IMG/VR virus record: IMGVR_UViG_3300031857_000005
Span: 124,001-188,000 of that record
Length of the DNA stretch: 64,000 nt
Direction: 5' to 3' (one strand)
Shown: positions 30,243 to 40,633 of the stretch, piece after piece
Position numbering within the stretch: the first letter of the stretch is position 1
Layout of the letters: each line of letters begins with the position of its first letter
Notes under the pieces: generated by a model
What the model was told of the DNA's origin: nothing
The model's database searches: none
The model's input: the letters and a program-made list of their open reading frames with translations, nothing else
Position numbers and translations under genes: made by a program

Positions 30243-31263
30243 ACGATTCCAACCTTGTGTTTATCATACTTTCAAATAGATTGTTTACATCAGATTCAAA
30301 TTTTGTTTTATCTGAAAATTCCGATATTGTTTTATCCATTTCTTCAAAAATAATTGGATTAATATTATCCTCTAACCAATTTTGAATAAAGTCGGCAACA
30401 ACATCAACAAACATATTTTGATTGTTAATCCAAATTCCATTATTTTCATTCATCCATTCTGGTTGAAGGTTAGGTACTAATCCGACTACAGGGATTCCCA
30501 TTTTAAATGATTCAAGAGGGAAAGTTCCAAATCCACTCGTAGGGTCAATCCATACTGAACAAAAACTTTCTTTCATAGCATTTGCAAATTCAATTTCTGA
30601 CAATCCTCTCATATCTCTAAATGTAATCCATCTGTATTGTGGAAATTTAGCGTAGAATGCTTTAATCATATTTACAGTATCTCTTTGATCTCTTGAGTGA
30701 ACTGAAATAATTGTTTTTGGTGGAAATTTTTGTTTCTCAAATGATTCAGTAATAAATGGATTAACAACATCAATTGACACACCTCTCATCATTGACTCAA
30801 TCATTTCTTTTTGTCTGTCTGAAGTTGTAATACATTTATAAAAACCTAATTTTGTCCATGTATCCCCTGGATTTAAAGTTTCAAAAACATGATCATATGC
30901 CTGACAAATAACCACTTTACCACAAGGTAAATTTGTAATTTGATCCATAACAAACCCATATATTTCAGGTACAACAATAATATCTTCAGGAGATACCGCC
31001 AAATTAGTACCCTCAATTGCGTTATGAGGTAATTCCATATATTCCTCACCTAACCAACTTGATACTCCGAAATATTCAGGTTTTTCATGTAAGATTATAG
31101 AATTGAATCCATTGTTTTTAAGAGCCATCGCCATTTGATAAATGTATCTAACTGACGCTCTAGCATTACCTTTTGTGTCTTGTACCAAAAAATAAATTCG
31201 GGACGACTTGTCCTTCATGTTTTGGATTGACTTTTCAAGTTTTGATATTTGTTCTTGGTTCAT
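30205..31263 (-). CDS. Glycosyltransferase-like protein (GT-B)
   Basis: GGVRYIYQ-like ASVRYIYQMA, IIVVPEIY, GFGTFPLESFKMGIPVV; true start probably near 31263. Confidence 0.6.
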   Translation of the reverse strand: MNQEQISKLEKSIQNMKDKSSRIYFLVQDTKGNARASVRYIYQMAMALKNNGFNSIILHEKPEYFGVSSWLGEEYMELPHNAIEGTNLAVSPEDIIVVPEIYGFVMDQITNLPCGKVVICQAYDHVFETLNPGDTWTKLGFYKCITTSDRQKEMIESMMRGVSIDVVNPFITESFEKQKFPPKTIISVHSRDQRDTVNMIKAFYAKFPQYRWITFRDMRGLSEIEFANAMKESFCSVWIDPTSGFGTFPLESFKMGIPVVGLVPNLQPEWMNENNGIWINNQNMFVDVVADFIQNWLEDNINPIIFEEMDKTISEFSDKTKFESDVNNLFESMINTRLESFEDQLSKFETIE

Positions 31264-31267
31264 AATA

Positions 31268-31549
31268 TTAAAATTTATTTATTATTTTTTTTGTTAATAG
31301 TGTATTAAATGCGAATCTAAAAGGGACTGATGTTTCGTTTGAACTTAATGCCATTTTTTCATCAATTTCATCATGAGGATCCATTAAAATTTCCAACATA
31401 TATTTAATCATTTCATATTTAACAATATGTACTTTTGTTTGATTGTCAACATCTTCAGTTTCATCTGATTTTTTTTCATCATCAATTCTAGTGAATTCAT
31501 CAATTGCATCTAAATCAATGTAATAGTGCTCTCCAAAAATCTTAAACAT
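31268..31549 (-). CDS. Hypothetical protein
   Basis: ORF track. Confidence 0.7.
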   Translation of the reverse strand: MFKIFGEHYYIDLDAIDEFTRIDDEKKSDETEDVDNQTKVHIVKYEMIKYMLEILMDPHDEIDEKMALSSNETSVPFRFAFNTLLTKKIINKF

Positions 31550-31552
31550 AAT

Positions 31553-32224
31553 TTATAAAGTTTTAAATAATTCTGTAAATTCGGATAATGATTTTATCGT
31601 ATATTTAGAATTAATTTGTTTATTGTAGTCAGTTTCAAATTTAATAACAATTTTATTTGACGGATGGTTTAATAATAAGTCAGGATTAGATGTAAGTAAA
31701 ATGTCTATACTATCCCAAACAGTATTTTTTGTTTGATTACTGTAAAAAAATACTTTCTCAATTAAACACCCAAATTTGGATAGGAAAAACAATGAGGATG
31801 GTTTTGATTTACCTATTTCATCTGAAAAAATAATAATATCATTATCTTCTCTTAAATCCAAATATAAATCGTTAAGGTAGTTGAATGACATGGTTTCCGT
31901 TGACGGAGCGTGCCCAAACAATTCCATAGTATAGTCTTCATACATAAACGAATATAATTCTTCTTTAGATTTAAATGAAAAGTGTTTATCTAATTCTAAT
32001 GAATCAACATCACCTAAAATTTCGTATTTAAAATAATTAACATCAGTATTCTCATTCATTTCAACCAACTCATCAGTATCTCCCGAAAAAGTTAATTCAT
32101 AAGTCTTATCTACGGACTCCATTTGAATATCGTTAGATTCAATTAAATGTTTTTCATACAGTTGTTTAAACTTCCCAATAGTATCCCTCAATACACCATT
32201 AATCTCAATCCCTATTTTCTTCAT
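31553..32224 (-). CDS. HAD-like 5'(3')-nucleotidase-fold protein with degenerate motif I
   Basis: KIGIEINGVLRD (cf. IGIDIDGVL), YNKQ/NK tail pattern. Confidence 0.5.
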   Translation of the reverse strand: MKKIGIEINGVLRDTIGKFKQLYEKHLIESNDIQMESVDKTYELTFSGDTDELVEMNENTDVNYFKYEILGDVDSLELDKHFSFKSKEELYSFMYEDYTMELFGHAPSTETMSFNYLNDLYLDLREDNDIIIFSDEIGKSKPSSLFFLSKFGCLIEKVFFYSNQTKNTVWDSIDILLTSNPDLLLNHPSNKIVIKFETDYNKQINSKYTIKSLSEFTELFKTL

Positions 32225-32939
32225 ACTTATCCAAAATTTTACTAATTAATGGGTTTCTAACATTTTTAGCATTTCTAAAATCATAAACACCAATGTTATT
32301 AACATTTTTAAATCGTTGTAATGCGTCGTATAGTCCTGATTGTGTTTTATCTTTATATCTGTCTGTTTGTTCTAAATCTCCTGAAATAAAAAACTTACTA
32401 TTAAAACCAATTCTTGTAAGTAATAGTTTCATTTGATTTGGCGTTGAGTTTTGTGATTCTTCAAATATCAAAATTGAATTGTCAATATTCATACCTCTCA
32501 TATAAGCCAAGGCAAATACCTCAATAATGTCTGCCTTTTTTAACTCTTCTCTTGCCTCTTTACCGATGATTTTATTCAAAAGATAGTAAGAAGGGAATAT
32601 ATACGGATCCAATTTTTCCTCAAGATTTCCAGGTAAAGAACCTAACTTTTCTTCCGCTTCAACTGCGGGTCTAACAATAATTAATTTTTCATAACCATTG
32701 TTTGGATCCATTAATAAATCCACCGCCGCTTTCATTGAGATGTAACTTTTACCAACCCCTGCTGGACCTGAACAAATTGTAATTTCATTTTCTTTAAGGA
32801 GGTTATAATACTCTTCCTGATTTGGGGATAAGAATTTATTCTTTTGTTTTCTTTTGATTACTGAATTAATAAATTCTTTTTTTGAGAACGGTTTAGATTC
32901 TTGTTCCTCGTTCTGTTGTAATGGTTTTTTTCTAGTCAT
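32205..32939 (-). CDS. phoH: PhoH family ATPase
   Basis: SGPAGVGKSY, IIVRPAVE, LAYMRGMNIDNSILIFEESQN, LLTRIG, GDLEQTD. Confidence 0.95.
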   Translation of the reverse strand: MTRKKPLQQNEEQESKPFSKKEFINSVIKRKQKNKFLSPNQEEYYNLLKENEITICSGPAGVGKSYISMKAAVDLLMDPNNGYEKLIIVRPAVEAEEKLGSLPGNLEEKLDPYIFPSYYLLNKIIGKEAREELKKADIIEVFALAYMRGMNIDNSILIFEESQNSTPNQMKLLLTRIGFNSKFFISGDLEQTDRYKDKTQSGLYDALQRFKNVNNIGVYDFRNAKNVRNPLISKILDKYEENRD

Positions 32940-32944
32940 CTACT

Positions 32945-33856
32945 TTATTTTCTTATAATATTAAAATTATTTTCAAAGAATTCAATAGTTTCTTTTAACC
33001 CTTCATATATTGGTGTAAATTTAAAATCAGGTAAATATTTTTTTATTTTACTATTGTCACTTGGTTTTCTAAATTGTCCGTCAGGTTTTGTGGTGTCCCA
33101 TACTACCTCACCTTTAAAATTCATAAGTTCTATTATCATACCAACAACATCTTTAATTGATATTTCTTCTGATGTTGATAATATTATTGGTTCACTTTCG
33201 TCATATTCTTGTAATACCCATTCAGTTAATTTTGCAACATCTTTACTAAAAATAAATTCTCTTAAAGGATTACCACTACCCCAAATAGTAAATGGTGTTT
33301 TATTTTCTCTTGCTAAATAACATTTATGTATTAATGAAGGAATAACATGACCATTCACAATATTATAATTGTCATTCGGTCCATAAATATTACAGGGTAT
33401 AACTGATTTATAATTTAACCCATATTGTTCTCTGTATGATCTAATTTGTATATCAACCATTCTTTTTGCATATGCATAAGCATCATTTGATGTATGGGGA
33501 GGACCCATATGTATCTTTGATTCAGTAAGAGGGTATTCAACATTATCAGGAAAAATACAAGTAGATAAAAAAGAAACTAAATTTTTTACACCACATAATC
33601 TTGCTCCCTCAATAATGTTTGTATTCATCATAACATTATCATAAAAAAATTCTCCCTTATATCTCATATTGGCTCCAATCCCACCAACCTTTGCCGCACA
33701 ATGTATAACACTATCAAATCCTTTTAAAAGTAATGCATAAGTTTGATTTTTATCAACCAAATTGTAATCTTTAGAAGAAAAATTATAATACTTATCTCCA
33801 ATAAATTCAGAACCAACTAAACCATTTCCTCCTGTAACTAATATTTTATTTTCCAT
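32945..33856 (-). CDS. fcl: GDP-L-fucose synthase
   Basis: VTGGNGLVG, HCAAKVGGIGAN, FLSTCIFP, YAYAKR, PCNIYGPNDN, HVIPSLI, WGSGNPLREF, PDGQFRK. Confidence 0.93.
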   Translation of the reverse strand: MENKILVTGGNGLVGSEFIGDKYYNFSSKDYNLVDKNQTYALLLKGFDSVIHCAAKVGGIGANMRYKGEFFYDNVMMNTNIIEGARLCGVKNLVSFLSTCIFPDNVEYPLTESKIHMGPPHTSNDAYAYAKRMVDIQIRSYREQYGLNYKSVIPCNIYGPNDNYNIVNGHVIPSLIHKCYLARENKTPFTIWGSGNPLREFIFSKDVAKLTEWVLQEYDESEPIILSTSEEISIKDVVGMIIELMNFKGEVVWDTTKPDGQFRKPSDNSKIKKYLPDFKFTPIYEGLKETIEFFENNFNIIRK

Positions 33857-34820
33857 AATAATCTAACCAATATTGAACCATCTCATCTAACATAGACTCA
33901 AAAGTGTATTTAGGGTTCCACCCAAGTTTATTTCTTAGTTTAGAAGAATCTCCTTTTAAATCATGTAATTCTTCAGGTCTAAAATGTTTTTCATCAACAA
34001 CAACATAATCTCTAAAATCTAAATTTAATTTAGAAAAAGTATAATCACATAAATCCTTTACTGAGTGAGATATTCCTGTTGAACACACATAATCATCGGG
34101 ACTATCAGATTGTAACATCAACCACATTGCTTCAACATAATCTTTGGCGTGTCCCCAATCTCTGGTTGCATCAAGATTACCTAAATGTAAATTATCTTGT
34201 AAACCTAATTTAATTCTTACTGCTGCCTTTACGACTTTGTTAGTTACAAAATTTGTTCCTCTTCTTGGTGATTCGTGGTTGAACAGTATACCGTTCCATA
34301 TTTTCATTCCATAAGAGTTTCTGTAATTTCTACAAATATTGTATGAGAATACTTTTGCGCAACCGTATGGTGAAACTGGATTCATAGGGGTTATTTCTCG
34401 TTGATATCCATCCTCATCTATATTATTACCAAACATCTCAGAAGAAGATGCTTGATATATTTTTGAATGGGGGGATACCATTCTCACCGCTTCTAATAAA
34501 TTTAATGTACCTAATCCTGTTGCATTTGCGGTATATATTGGTTGATCAAAAGAAATTCTAACGTGAGATTGTGCAGCTAAATTATACACCTCATCAGGTT
34601 GTACTTTTTGTAAAACTCTAACTAATGATGCCATATCAGTTAGATCAGCATATTCTAAATTTATTTTATTTTCATCTCTTAAATTATTTATTCTTGATGA
34701 TTGTGTTTCAGAAACTGAATTTCTTTTTACTGTACCCCATACTTCATAACCTTTATTAACTAAAAGTTCTGCAAGATAAGATCCGTCCTGACCATTTATA
34801 CCTGTTATTAATGATTTCAT
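33846..34820 (-). CDS. gmd: GDP-mannose 4,6-dehydratase
   Basis: LITGINGQDGSYLAELL, YNLAAQSHVRISF, YQASSSEMFG, PVSPYGCAK, GILFNHESPRRGTNFVTNK, LGNLDATRDWGHAKDYV. Confidence 0.97.
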   Translation of the reverse strand: MKSLITGINGQDGSYLAELLVNKGYEVWGTVKRNSVSETQSSRINNLRDENKINLEYADLTDMASLVRVLQKVQPDEVYNLAAQSHVRISFDQPIYTANATGLGTLNLLEAVRMVSPHSKIYQASSSEMFGNNIDEDGYQREITPMNPVSPYGCAKVFSYNICRNYRNSYGMKIWNGILFNHESPRRGTNFVTNKVVKAAVRIKLGLQDNLHLGNLDATRDWGHAKDYVEAMWLMLQSDSPDDYVCSTGISHSVKDLCDYTFSKLNLDFRDYVVVDEKHFRPEELHDLKGDSSKLRNKLGWNPKYTFESMLDEMVQYWLDYYGK

Positions 34821-34823
34821 TAT

Positions 34824-35762
34824 TTATATAGTATTTTTTATTTGTTTATAAAAATTTTCACTTATCAGTTTTGTTTTAGATCTATTACCAACCTTGAATG
34901 GTTCAATCTCATTTAAACTTTTTGGACAAGATAAAATAAACCCGTCAAATTGAAAACTTTCATTATCAAAGTCACATGAGCAAAGTATTTTGTAATTATT
35001 CTTTTCAAGAAATTCAACACAATCGTAATGTAATTTATTACTGTGAGTTGAAATAAAAAGGTATTTTATTTTTTGACTCTTAAGTAAATCTTCTATTTGA
35101 TGTAACATGACGTATTCTTCTCCCTGAATGTCAGAATGTAATAAATCAACTCCCTCAATGTTTTTAGATTTCAAATAATCATATAAATTTATACCTTCGT
35201 TGGATATGAATCCTTTAGTTATATCATATTCTAAATTATTTAGAATAAAATTTTTTATTCCTAAATCAATGTTACTTTGTATTGGTTCAATACAATATGA
35301 TTTTGAATTTTTAATTTCTTTCATGAACCATATTGAATACATTGACCAATAACTGCCAAGTTCCACCATTATTGAGTTTTCACCTAATACATTCAAAACC
35401 TTTTTGAATGCCCTTTCTTCTGATGGTTCATGAACACCTAAGTTGTAACGTAGAATATTAATGAAATTACCGTAGTATTCTGAGTGTATTTTTAATCCAT
35501 TATGTAGAGTTATCAAATCACCATCAATAAAACCAGCATCTTTATGTCTTTCTATAAAAAGGTTATTTGGATCCGATATGATATCTATAAATCGACCATC
35601 AAAATCGTCAGGGTTACCCAAACCCCCCTTTTCGTTGGTTTCAGTAGTTTTTAAAACTTCAAAAATTTTATCATCATAATATTTGTCACCATAGTTGTTT
35701 TCTAAATTATCGTAACCAAAATTAAATAAATAATCTTTTATTTCTTTATGTGGATTAATCAT
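34824..35762 (-). CDS. FkbM-like SAM-dependent methyltransferase
   Basis: MVELGSYWSMYS, DLLHSDIQGEE, LFISTHS. Confidence 0.7.
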   Translation of the reverse strand: MINPHKEIKDYLFNFGYDNLENNYGDKYYDDKIFEVLKTTETNEKGGLGNPDDFDGRFIDIISDPNNLFIERHKDAGFIDGDLITLHNGLKIHSEYYGNFINILRYNLGVHEPSEERAFKKVLNVLGENSIMVELGSYWSMYSIWFMKEIKNSKSYCIEPIQSNIDLGIKNFILNNLEYDITKGFISNEGINLYDYLKSKNIEGVDLLHSDIQGEEYVMLHQIEDLLKSQKIKYLFISTHSNKLHYDCVEFLEKNNYKILCSCDFDNESFQFDGFILSCPKSLNEIEPFKVGNRSKTKLISENFYKQIKNTI

Positions 35763-36388
35763 TTGTGTAGTATTATGTTTACATTATTCTCAAAAAGAAC
35801 TTTGTTTATATTATGACTACCACAATAGTCTATGATTTCATTTTTAATTATGTTATTATGTTCTAAAACTAATAATTCTACCCCCATATTGGTTAAATCT
35901 AATTGTCTTAGAATATCTAAATCAACCCCTTCAATATCAATACTTACAAAATCAAATTTTTTATAAGGTACCGACGTTAAAACGGTATCAATTGTATCAC
36001 ATTCAATTTCAAACTCAGAAAAACTACCCCATGATGATGTTCTTTCATAACTTGATAAATCGATTGTAGATAACAAGTCCATATTATCTCCCGCGGTTGG
36101 GTTATGATGAAAGGTGTTATGATAAAAAGTGGTTTTAAGTTTTTCCTTTGATAGGCATTTTTCCACACATACAACTTTGTTTGAGTTTTCATACAAAGTT
36201 TTTAATTTTTTAAATGTCAGTGGAGACGCTTCAACTAAAACCCCTCCCCATCCATTTTCAATAAGTAATCTTGAGTTACTAAAAGTAATTCCGTCATTAG
36301 CCCCAAGATCTAGTAAATTACCTATTTTACCGTTAAAATAGTCAAACACTATTAAATCCTCCCTGTATTGGGAATATGTTTTTTTCAT
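35759..36388 (-). CDS. FkbM family methyltransferase
   Basis: YSQYRED, LDLGANDGITFSNS, GVLVEA, SIDIEGVD. Confidence 0.88.
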   Translation of the reverse strand: MKKTYSQYREDLIVFDYFNGKIGNLLDLGANDGITFSNSRLLIENGWGGVLVEASPLTFKKLKTLYENSNKVVCVEKCLSKEKLKTTFYHNTFHHNPTAGDNMDLLSTIDLSSYERTSSWGSFSEFEIECDTIDTVLTSVPYKKFDFVSIDIEGVDLDILRQLDLTNMGVELLVLEHNNIIKNEIIDYCGSHNINKVLFENNVNIILHK

Positions 36389-36397
36389 ATATTAATT

Positions 36398-37009
36398 TTA
36401 AATTAAAAATTGTTTATTTTTGAAAATTAAATTTGACCACTTTTCATCTTCTTTGATATGATGACTTAGTTCAAAATTATTTGATTCAAAAAAATCTATA
36501 ATTTTATAACATTTAGCCTCGTTTTCATACAAACTTTGTTCATCTTTGGTTGAAAAGCATTCTAGTTGTATTGATTTGAAATTTTTAATGTAATTACCCA
36601 ATGATTCTACTACGTCTAAGTCACTTCCTTGTGTGTCAATTTTTAAAAAACTTATTACTTTATCTGACAAATTGTTTTCTATTAAAAATGTAGATAGTTT
36701 AGATACTTTTACGTTAATAACATTCATTAGTTGTAACCGTACTTTTTTATCCCATTTATCTTTATAATCGGTAAATGGTTTTAACGAGCTAGTATAGTGG
36801 GGTTCATTAACATAAAACTCCGACATACCGTCATTGTTGTTTATTGCGTAATTAAAAACCTTTATGTTTTTGTGGTTTAATTCTAAAGATTTTAATTTTT
36901 CATATAAATGTGGTACAGGCTCAAAGGCAAAAATCATATTGTTTTCATCATCTAAATATTGACTTAAAAATGATCCTTCATTTGCCCCAACGTCTATTAT
37001 AATATTCAT
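36398..37009 (-). CDS. FkbM family methyltransferase
   Basis: IDVGANEG, IFAFEPVP, FLKIDTQGSDL. Confidence 0.88.
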   Translation of the reverse strand: MNIIIDVGANEGSFLSQYLDDENNMIFAFEPVPHLYEKLKSLELNHKNIKVFNYAINNNDGMSEFYVNEPHYTSSLKPFTDYKDKWDKKVRLQLMNVINVKVSKLSTFLIENNLSDKVISFLKIDTQGSDLDVVESLGNYIKNFKSIQLECFSTKDEQSLYENEAKCYKIIDFFESNNFELSHHIKEDEKWSNLIFKNKQFLI

Positions 37010-37782
37010 TTTTTTAAAATTTTTATTTCGTTATTTTCAAATTTTGTGTAATACATACAATTTTTTATGTTTGATAAATTACCATTAATTAATGAGTCGT
37101 TTATTTTTTGTTCATTTTGCCAATATGATGTTTCATATATGTCTGAAAATTTTTTATCAGTATTTGGTCCATAGTTATGTCTGTGATGTATGCAAAAAAT
37201 TGTTTCGGTACAGTCAATTGCTGTGTGTTCTTTTATTGCTTTATTCATTAAAAAATTATCAAACCTCATTCTTGCAATAAAAAATTTTGGAACATCTAAA
37301 AATACGTGCTTTTTAAAAATAAAATAATCTATAGCCCACTCACCATGAACACTTAAATTTTCAAATAAATTAAAATTAGGGATAGTATCTAATAAGGTGT
37401 AGTTGTGCCAATCATATTTTTGACCAACAAGAACAAAATCATTGATAGACTTGTTAACGGTATTTATAGTGTTTAATAAGGTTTCATCAAACATAACATC
37501 AGAATTAACCCAAACAATAACATCACTATTTTCCGCATGTTCAGAAGCAATATTTTTCATACTAACCCATGTAGGTATATCACTATAGCTCGAGTGATCA
37601 TAATCGGAAACAACCTCAACATCCAAATCTTCACACATATCAATCACTGATTGGTTTTTGTTAAAAACAAGAATTTTTTTATCAATAGGTAATCTTGACC
37701 AACTACGAATTGAGTTTTTTTGCATAATAGTTATATCTTCATTATTTAATGGTTTACAAGATGTAATAAAAATTAATTTCAT
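37006..37782 (-). CDS. Glycosyltransferase-like (GT-A) protein
   Basis: WVNSDVMF (DxD-like), FDNFL, HHRH; operon context. Confidence 0.55.
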   Translation of the reverse strand: MKLIFITSCKPLNNEDITIMQKNSIRSWSRLPIDKKILVFNKNQSVIDMCEDLDVEVVSDYDHSSYSDIPTWVSMKNIASEHAENSDVIVWVNSDVMFDETLLNTINTVNKSINDFVLVGQKYDWHNYTLLDTIPNFNLFENLSVHGEWAIDYFIFKKHVFLDVPKFFIARMRFDNFLMNKAIKEHTAIDCTETIFCIHHRHNYGPNTDKKFSDIYETSYWQNEQKINDSLINGNLSNIKNCMYYTKFENNEIKILKK

Positions 37783-38558
37783 TAGATGTTTTTAAGTATT
37801 TTATCTTTCCAATAATCATAATCAATAATATCTAAATTGTAATTATTAGAAATGATTTCATTATATTTTTTATCAATTAAATCGTAATCTAATAAATCTT
37901 CTATTTTATCTAAAATAATAATTGGTAAAGTTTCGTAAAGTTTATAAATTCCGTAATTATTAACCTTTACTGTTATAGGGATTCTATTGGAATACAATAC
38001 TTCCCATAATCTATGGGTATCTACTCCGTTACCTACGGGACATAATATCATTTTATAATCAAGCATCCTATTAAAAAAATCATGTAAGGACAGATTACTT
38101 TCCTCCCAATCTATATGTGGACATCCGATTGAAATATTTTTGTATTTTATTCTTTCTGTATAATTTGTATGAATGTTAAAATTAGAATAAATAAATTTTT
38201 CAGGTTCTTTATTTTTTATGTTGTTTAACAGGTTCTCTTTTTCTTGAACCCTTTCAAAATACCCAATACCATGATTGTATCTTAATGATTCTAATTTATT
38301 TTCTATTCCCATAGGAATAGGAATGACTAAATCTGAATTTGACAATGCGTTTTGTGCGTACCATTTTTTAATATTTGAAGGTACATGGGAAACATGATAG
38401 TCGGTTATTGGGTAGTCAGAATTACCTGTGATTAAAATTACATCAGAATCAAGATTTTTTATTGTATTAAATTCCTCAAATAAAAAATCTGTTTTACAAA
38501 AAATTATTTTATTACCATCATGAAGATTAGTGAATTTATTTAATTGTATGAAATTCAT
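37782..38558 (-). CDS. Exostosin/GT47-like glycosyltransferase
   Basis: YKMILCPVGNGVDTHRLWEVLY..IPI. Confidence 0.6.
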   Translation of the reverse strand: MNFIQLNKFTNLHDGNKIIFCKTDFLFEEFNTIKNLDSDVILITGNSDYPITDYHVSHVPSNIKKWYAQNALSNSDLVIPIPMGIENKLESLRYNHGIGYFERVQEKENLLNNIKNKEPEKFIYSNFNIHTNYTERIKYKNISIGCPHIDWEESNLSLHDFFNRMLDYKMILCPVGNGVDTHRLWEVLYSNRIPITVKVNNYGIYKLYETLPIIILDKIEDLLDYDLIDKKYNEIISNNYNLDIIDYDYWKDKILKNI

Positions 38559-38562
38559 AATT

Positions 38563-38634
38563 TTATTTTTTAATGGTATTCATCAACAATTTTCCTTTTT
38601 CTGTTAATTCTATCATTTGTCTTTGTACTGTCAT
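38563..38634 (-). CDS. Tiny translationally coupled ORF (23 aa) or gene remnant
   Basis: MTVQRQMIELTEKGKLLMNTIKK; ATGA overlap with upstream stop; fills the gap exactly. Confidence 0.35.
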   Translation of the reverse strand: MTVQRQMIELTEKGKLLMNTIKK

Positions 38635-39311
38635 ATTAAATTGGTTTTTTTAAGTAATTCCATTTCATCAACGTTTATTTGTTGTATGAAAAAATTTTTA
38701 TCTTCTATATTAAAAGGTCTTTTTCTACCATATCCAAAATCAAATTCTTTTATATCATTAGGATATTTTTCATATAAAAAATGATGTTTTAGTTCTGTTA
38801 ATAAATCATAATCGGCACTTGGGATATTAAGCCATTCAATAACAAATGTTAAAATAAAATCATGTTTTACAATAAAAAAACTTTGTTCTACCCAATCACT
38901 ATGTAAAATACTCATTAAAGATTTACATTGTTTATTTTCCAATTGTTCATAAACATTATTTATATCACCAAAAAAAAGACAATCTTGTTCTTTATAAATA
39001 AAATCACAATTGTTATTATAACAAATTAATAATCCTATTAAAATTGAGAGGCTCCACCCACTGAGGTGAAATTTTTTTGTTTTAATTAAATCACCAATGT
39101 GTCCTAAATTGTGTTCTAAATTAATAAATTCCGTGTTATCATATTTTTCCTTCTCAAAGTTTCCGTCAATATTAATCACATAAATTTTATTATTTGTGAA
39201 TTTTCTGGTATTTTTATACCATATATCAAAAAATTTATCTTTGTCAAATCCTGAATACATTTTGTTATTACCCTGAAAATATCCGGTAATAATATTAAAA
39301 TTATTATTCAT
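38631..39311 (-). CDS. Hypothetical protein in glycan operon (GT-like)
   Basis: ORF track; YKEQDCL. Confidence 0.55.
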   Translation of the reverse strand: MNNNFNIITGYFQGNNKMYSGFDKDKFFDIWYKNTRKFTNNKIYVINIDGNFEKEKYDNTEFINLEHNLGHIGDLIKTKKFHLSGWSLSILIGLLICYNNNCDFIYKEQDCLFFGDINNVYEQLENKQCKSLMSILHSDWVEQSFFIVKHDFILTFVIEWLNIPSADYDLLTELKHHFLYEKYPNDIKEFDFGYGRKRPFNIEDKNFFIQQINVDEMELLKKTNLI

Positions 39312-39997
39312 ATTATTGTAAAATTTAATTTGGATTGTGATTTTGTTGTACTATCTTTAATTTTATTATTTTTAAGGTTTATATGGTAAAATAAATTACT
39401 ATTCCTTAATTGTAATGAATCAAATAATAATTTAAAAGAACTATCTATAAAATGTGATTCACAACTTTTTTCCATTAAATAACAATAATCAAAAATATTA
39501 TTAGATAAACCTTTTTTTGGTGATATTATTGGTAAGTCTTTGTTTATTATTTTCCCTTTATTAATTTCAAAATTTCTATCCAAATCGTCGTGTAAAAAAA
39601 CATAGTTATTCTCCTTAACTTGATATAAATCAAATAATTTTTTTTCTGATTCTATATCACGATTTACAAAAAATTTGTCCCATCTATAATCAAATGGTAA
39701 ATTATTTTGAAGATAAAAACTGTCATCAAATTCTTTAGAATTAGGGTGTCTGTAAAATCCTGCAATTATTAATTCATTTTTATTTATATTATTTTCATTA
39801 ATATAATTTTGAACAAAATCGTCGTCCCCAATTAAAAATGATAAATTATTTAAATCACGATACATAAATGATACACTATCTAAATTATGTGATTTGACAA
39901 ACATTATATATTCTTCATTAGGGTTAATTAAAGAACGAACTAAACCATTACAAATTATGTGATCACCTAAACCTAAATGATGATAGATATATTTCAT
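39308..39997 (-). CDS. Glycosyltransferase-like (GT-B; LGLGD motif)
   Basis: YHHLGLGDHIICNG; HFIDSSF. Confidence 0.55.
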   Translation of the reverse strand: MKYIYHHLGLGDHIICNGLVRSLINPNEEYIMFVKSHNLDSVSFMYRDLNNLSFLIGDDDFVQNYINENNINKNELIIAGFYRHPNSKEFDDSFYLQNNLPFDYRWDKFFVNRDIESEKKLFDLYQVKENNYVFLHDDLDRNFEINKGKIINKDLPIISPKKGLSNNIFDYCYLMEKSCESHFIDSSFKLLFDSLQLRNSNLFYHINLKNNKIKDSTTKSQSKLNFTII

Positions 39998-40003
39998 GAA
40001 CTT

Positions 40004-40627
40004 TTAATTACAAAAATTATTTAATTCATTCATCTCATTAAAATTTTTTATATGATGAAATGTTATATTATTTTTTATTTCATTTTGATTAATGTTATAT
40101 GATAATGGGGGTTCAGAATGAAACATCTCATCTGTTTTCATTTTTATACCACACTCAATTAAATTTAAACCTAATGTTACATCGGCAAACATCGTATTTT
40201 TATGATGTATTTTTTCACAAAGAACATTTAATACTTCTCTATGTAACAATACCCCACCGCCCCCTGAATGATAAAACAAATCTTTCATTTTAGGCCAACA
40301 ATTAATTAAAAATCCGTACGCTGATTTAGTATCACAACCCACAACAAATTCTTCTAATTTTTTTGTGTTTACAAATGTATCATCATCACAGAAAAAAAAC
40401 CATTCCTTATCTAAAAAATTATTTTTTAGATATTTAAAAATGTTTATATGTTTCTCTTCTAAACTCCAATAGTCGGATTTATCAGTGACTTTAATGGTTT
40501 TTTCATCTTTACCATCATCATCTGAGTAAAAAAATAAATCCTGATTTTTTCCCCATGTTTCAGAAACATTTCTTTGTCTATCCAAGTATATTTTACTTGT
40601 CATTACAAAATAAGTAATTTTTTTCAT
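40004..40627 (-). CDS. Fringe/GT31-like glycosyltransferase
   Basis: WFFFCDDDTFVN, SGGGGVLL, DVTLG, ITFHH. Confidence 0.75.
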   Translation of the reverse strand: MKKITYFVMTSKIYLDRQRNVSETWGKNQDLFFYSDDDGKDEKTIKVTDKSDYWSLEEKHINIFKYLKNNFLDKEWFFFCDDDTFVNTKKLEEFVVGCDTKSAYGFLINCWPKMKDLFYHSGGGGVLLHREVLNVLCEKIHHKNTMFADVTLGLNLIECGIKMKTDEMFHSEPPLSYNINQNEIKNNITFHHIKNFNEMNELNNFCN

Positions 40628-40633
40628 ATTAAA

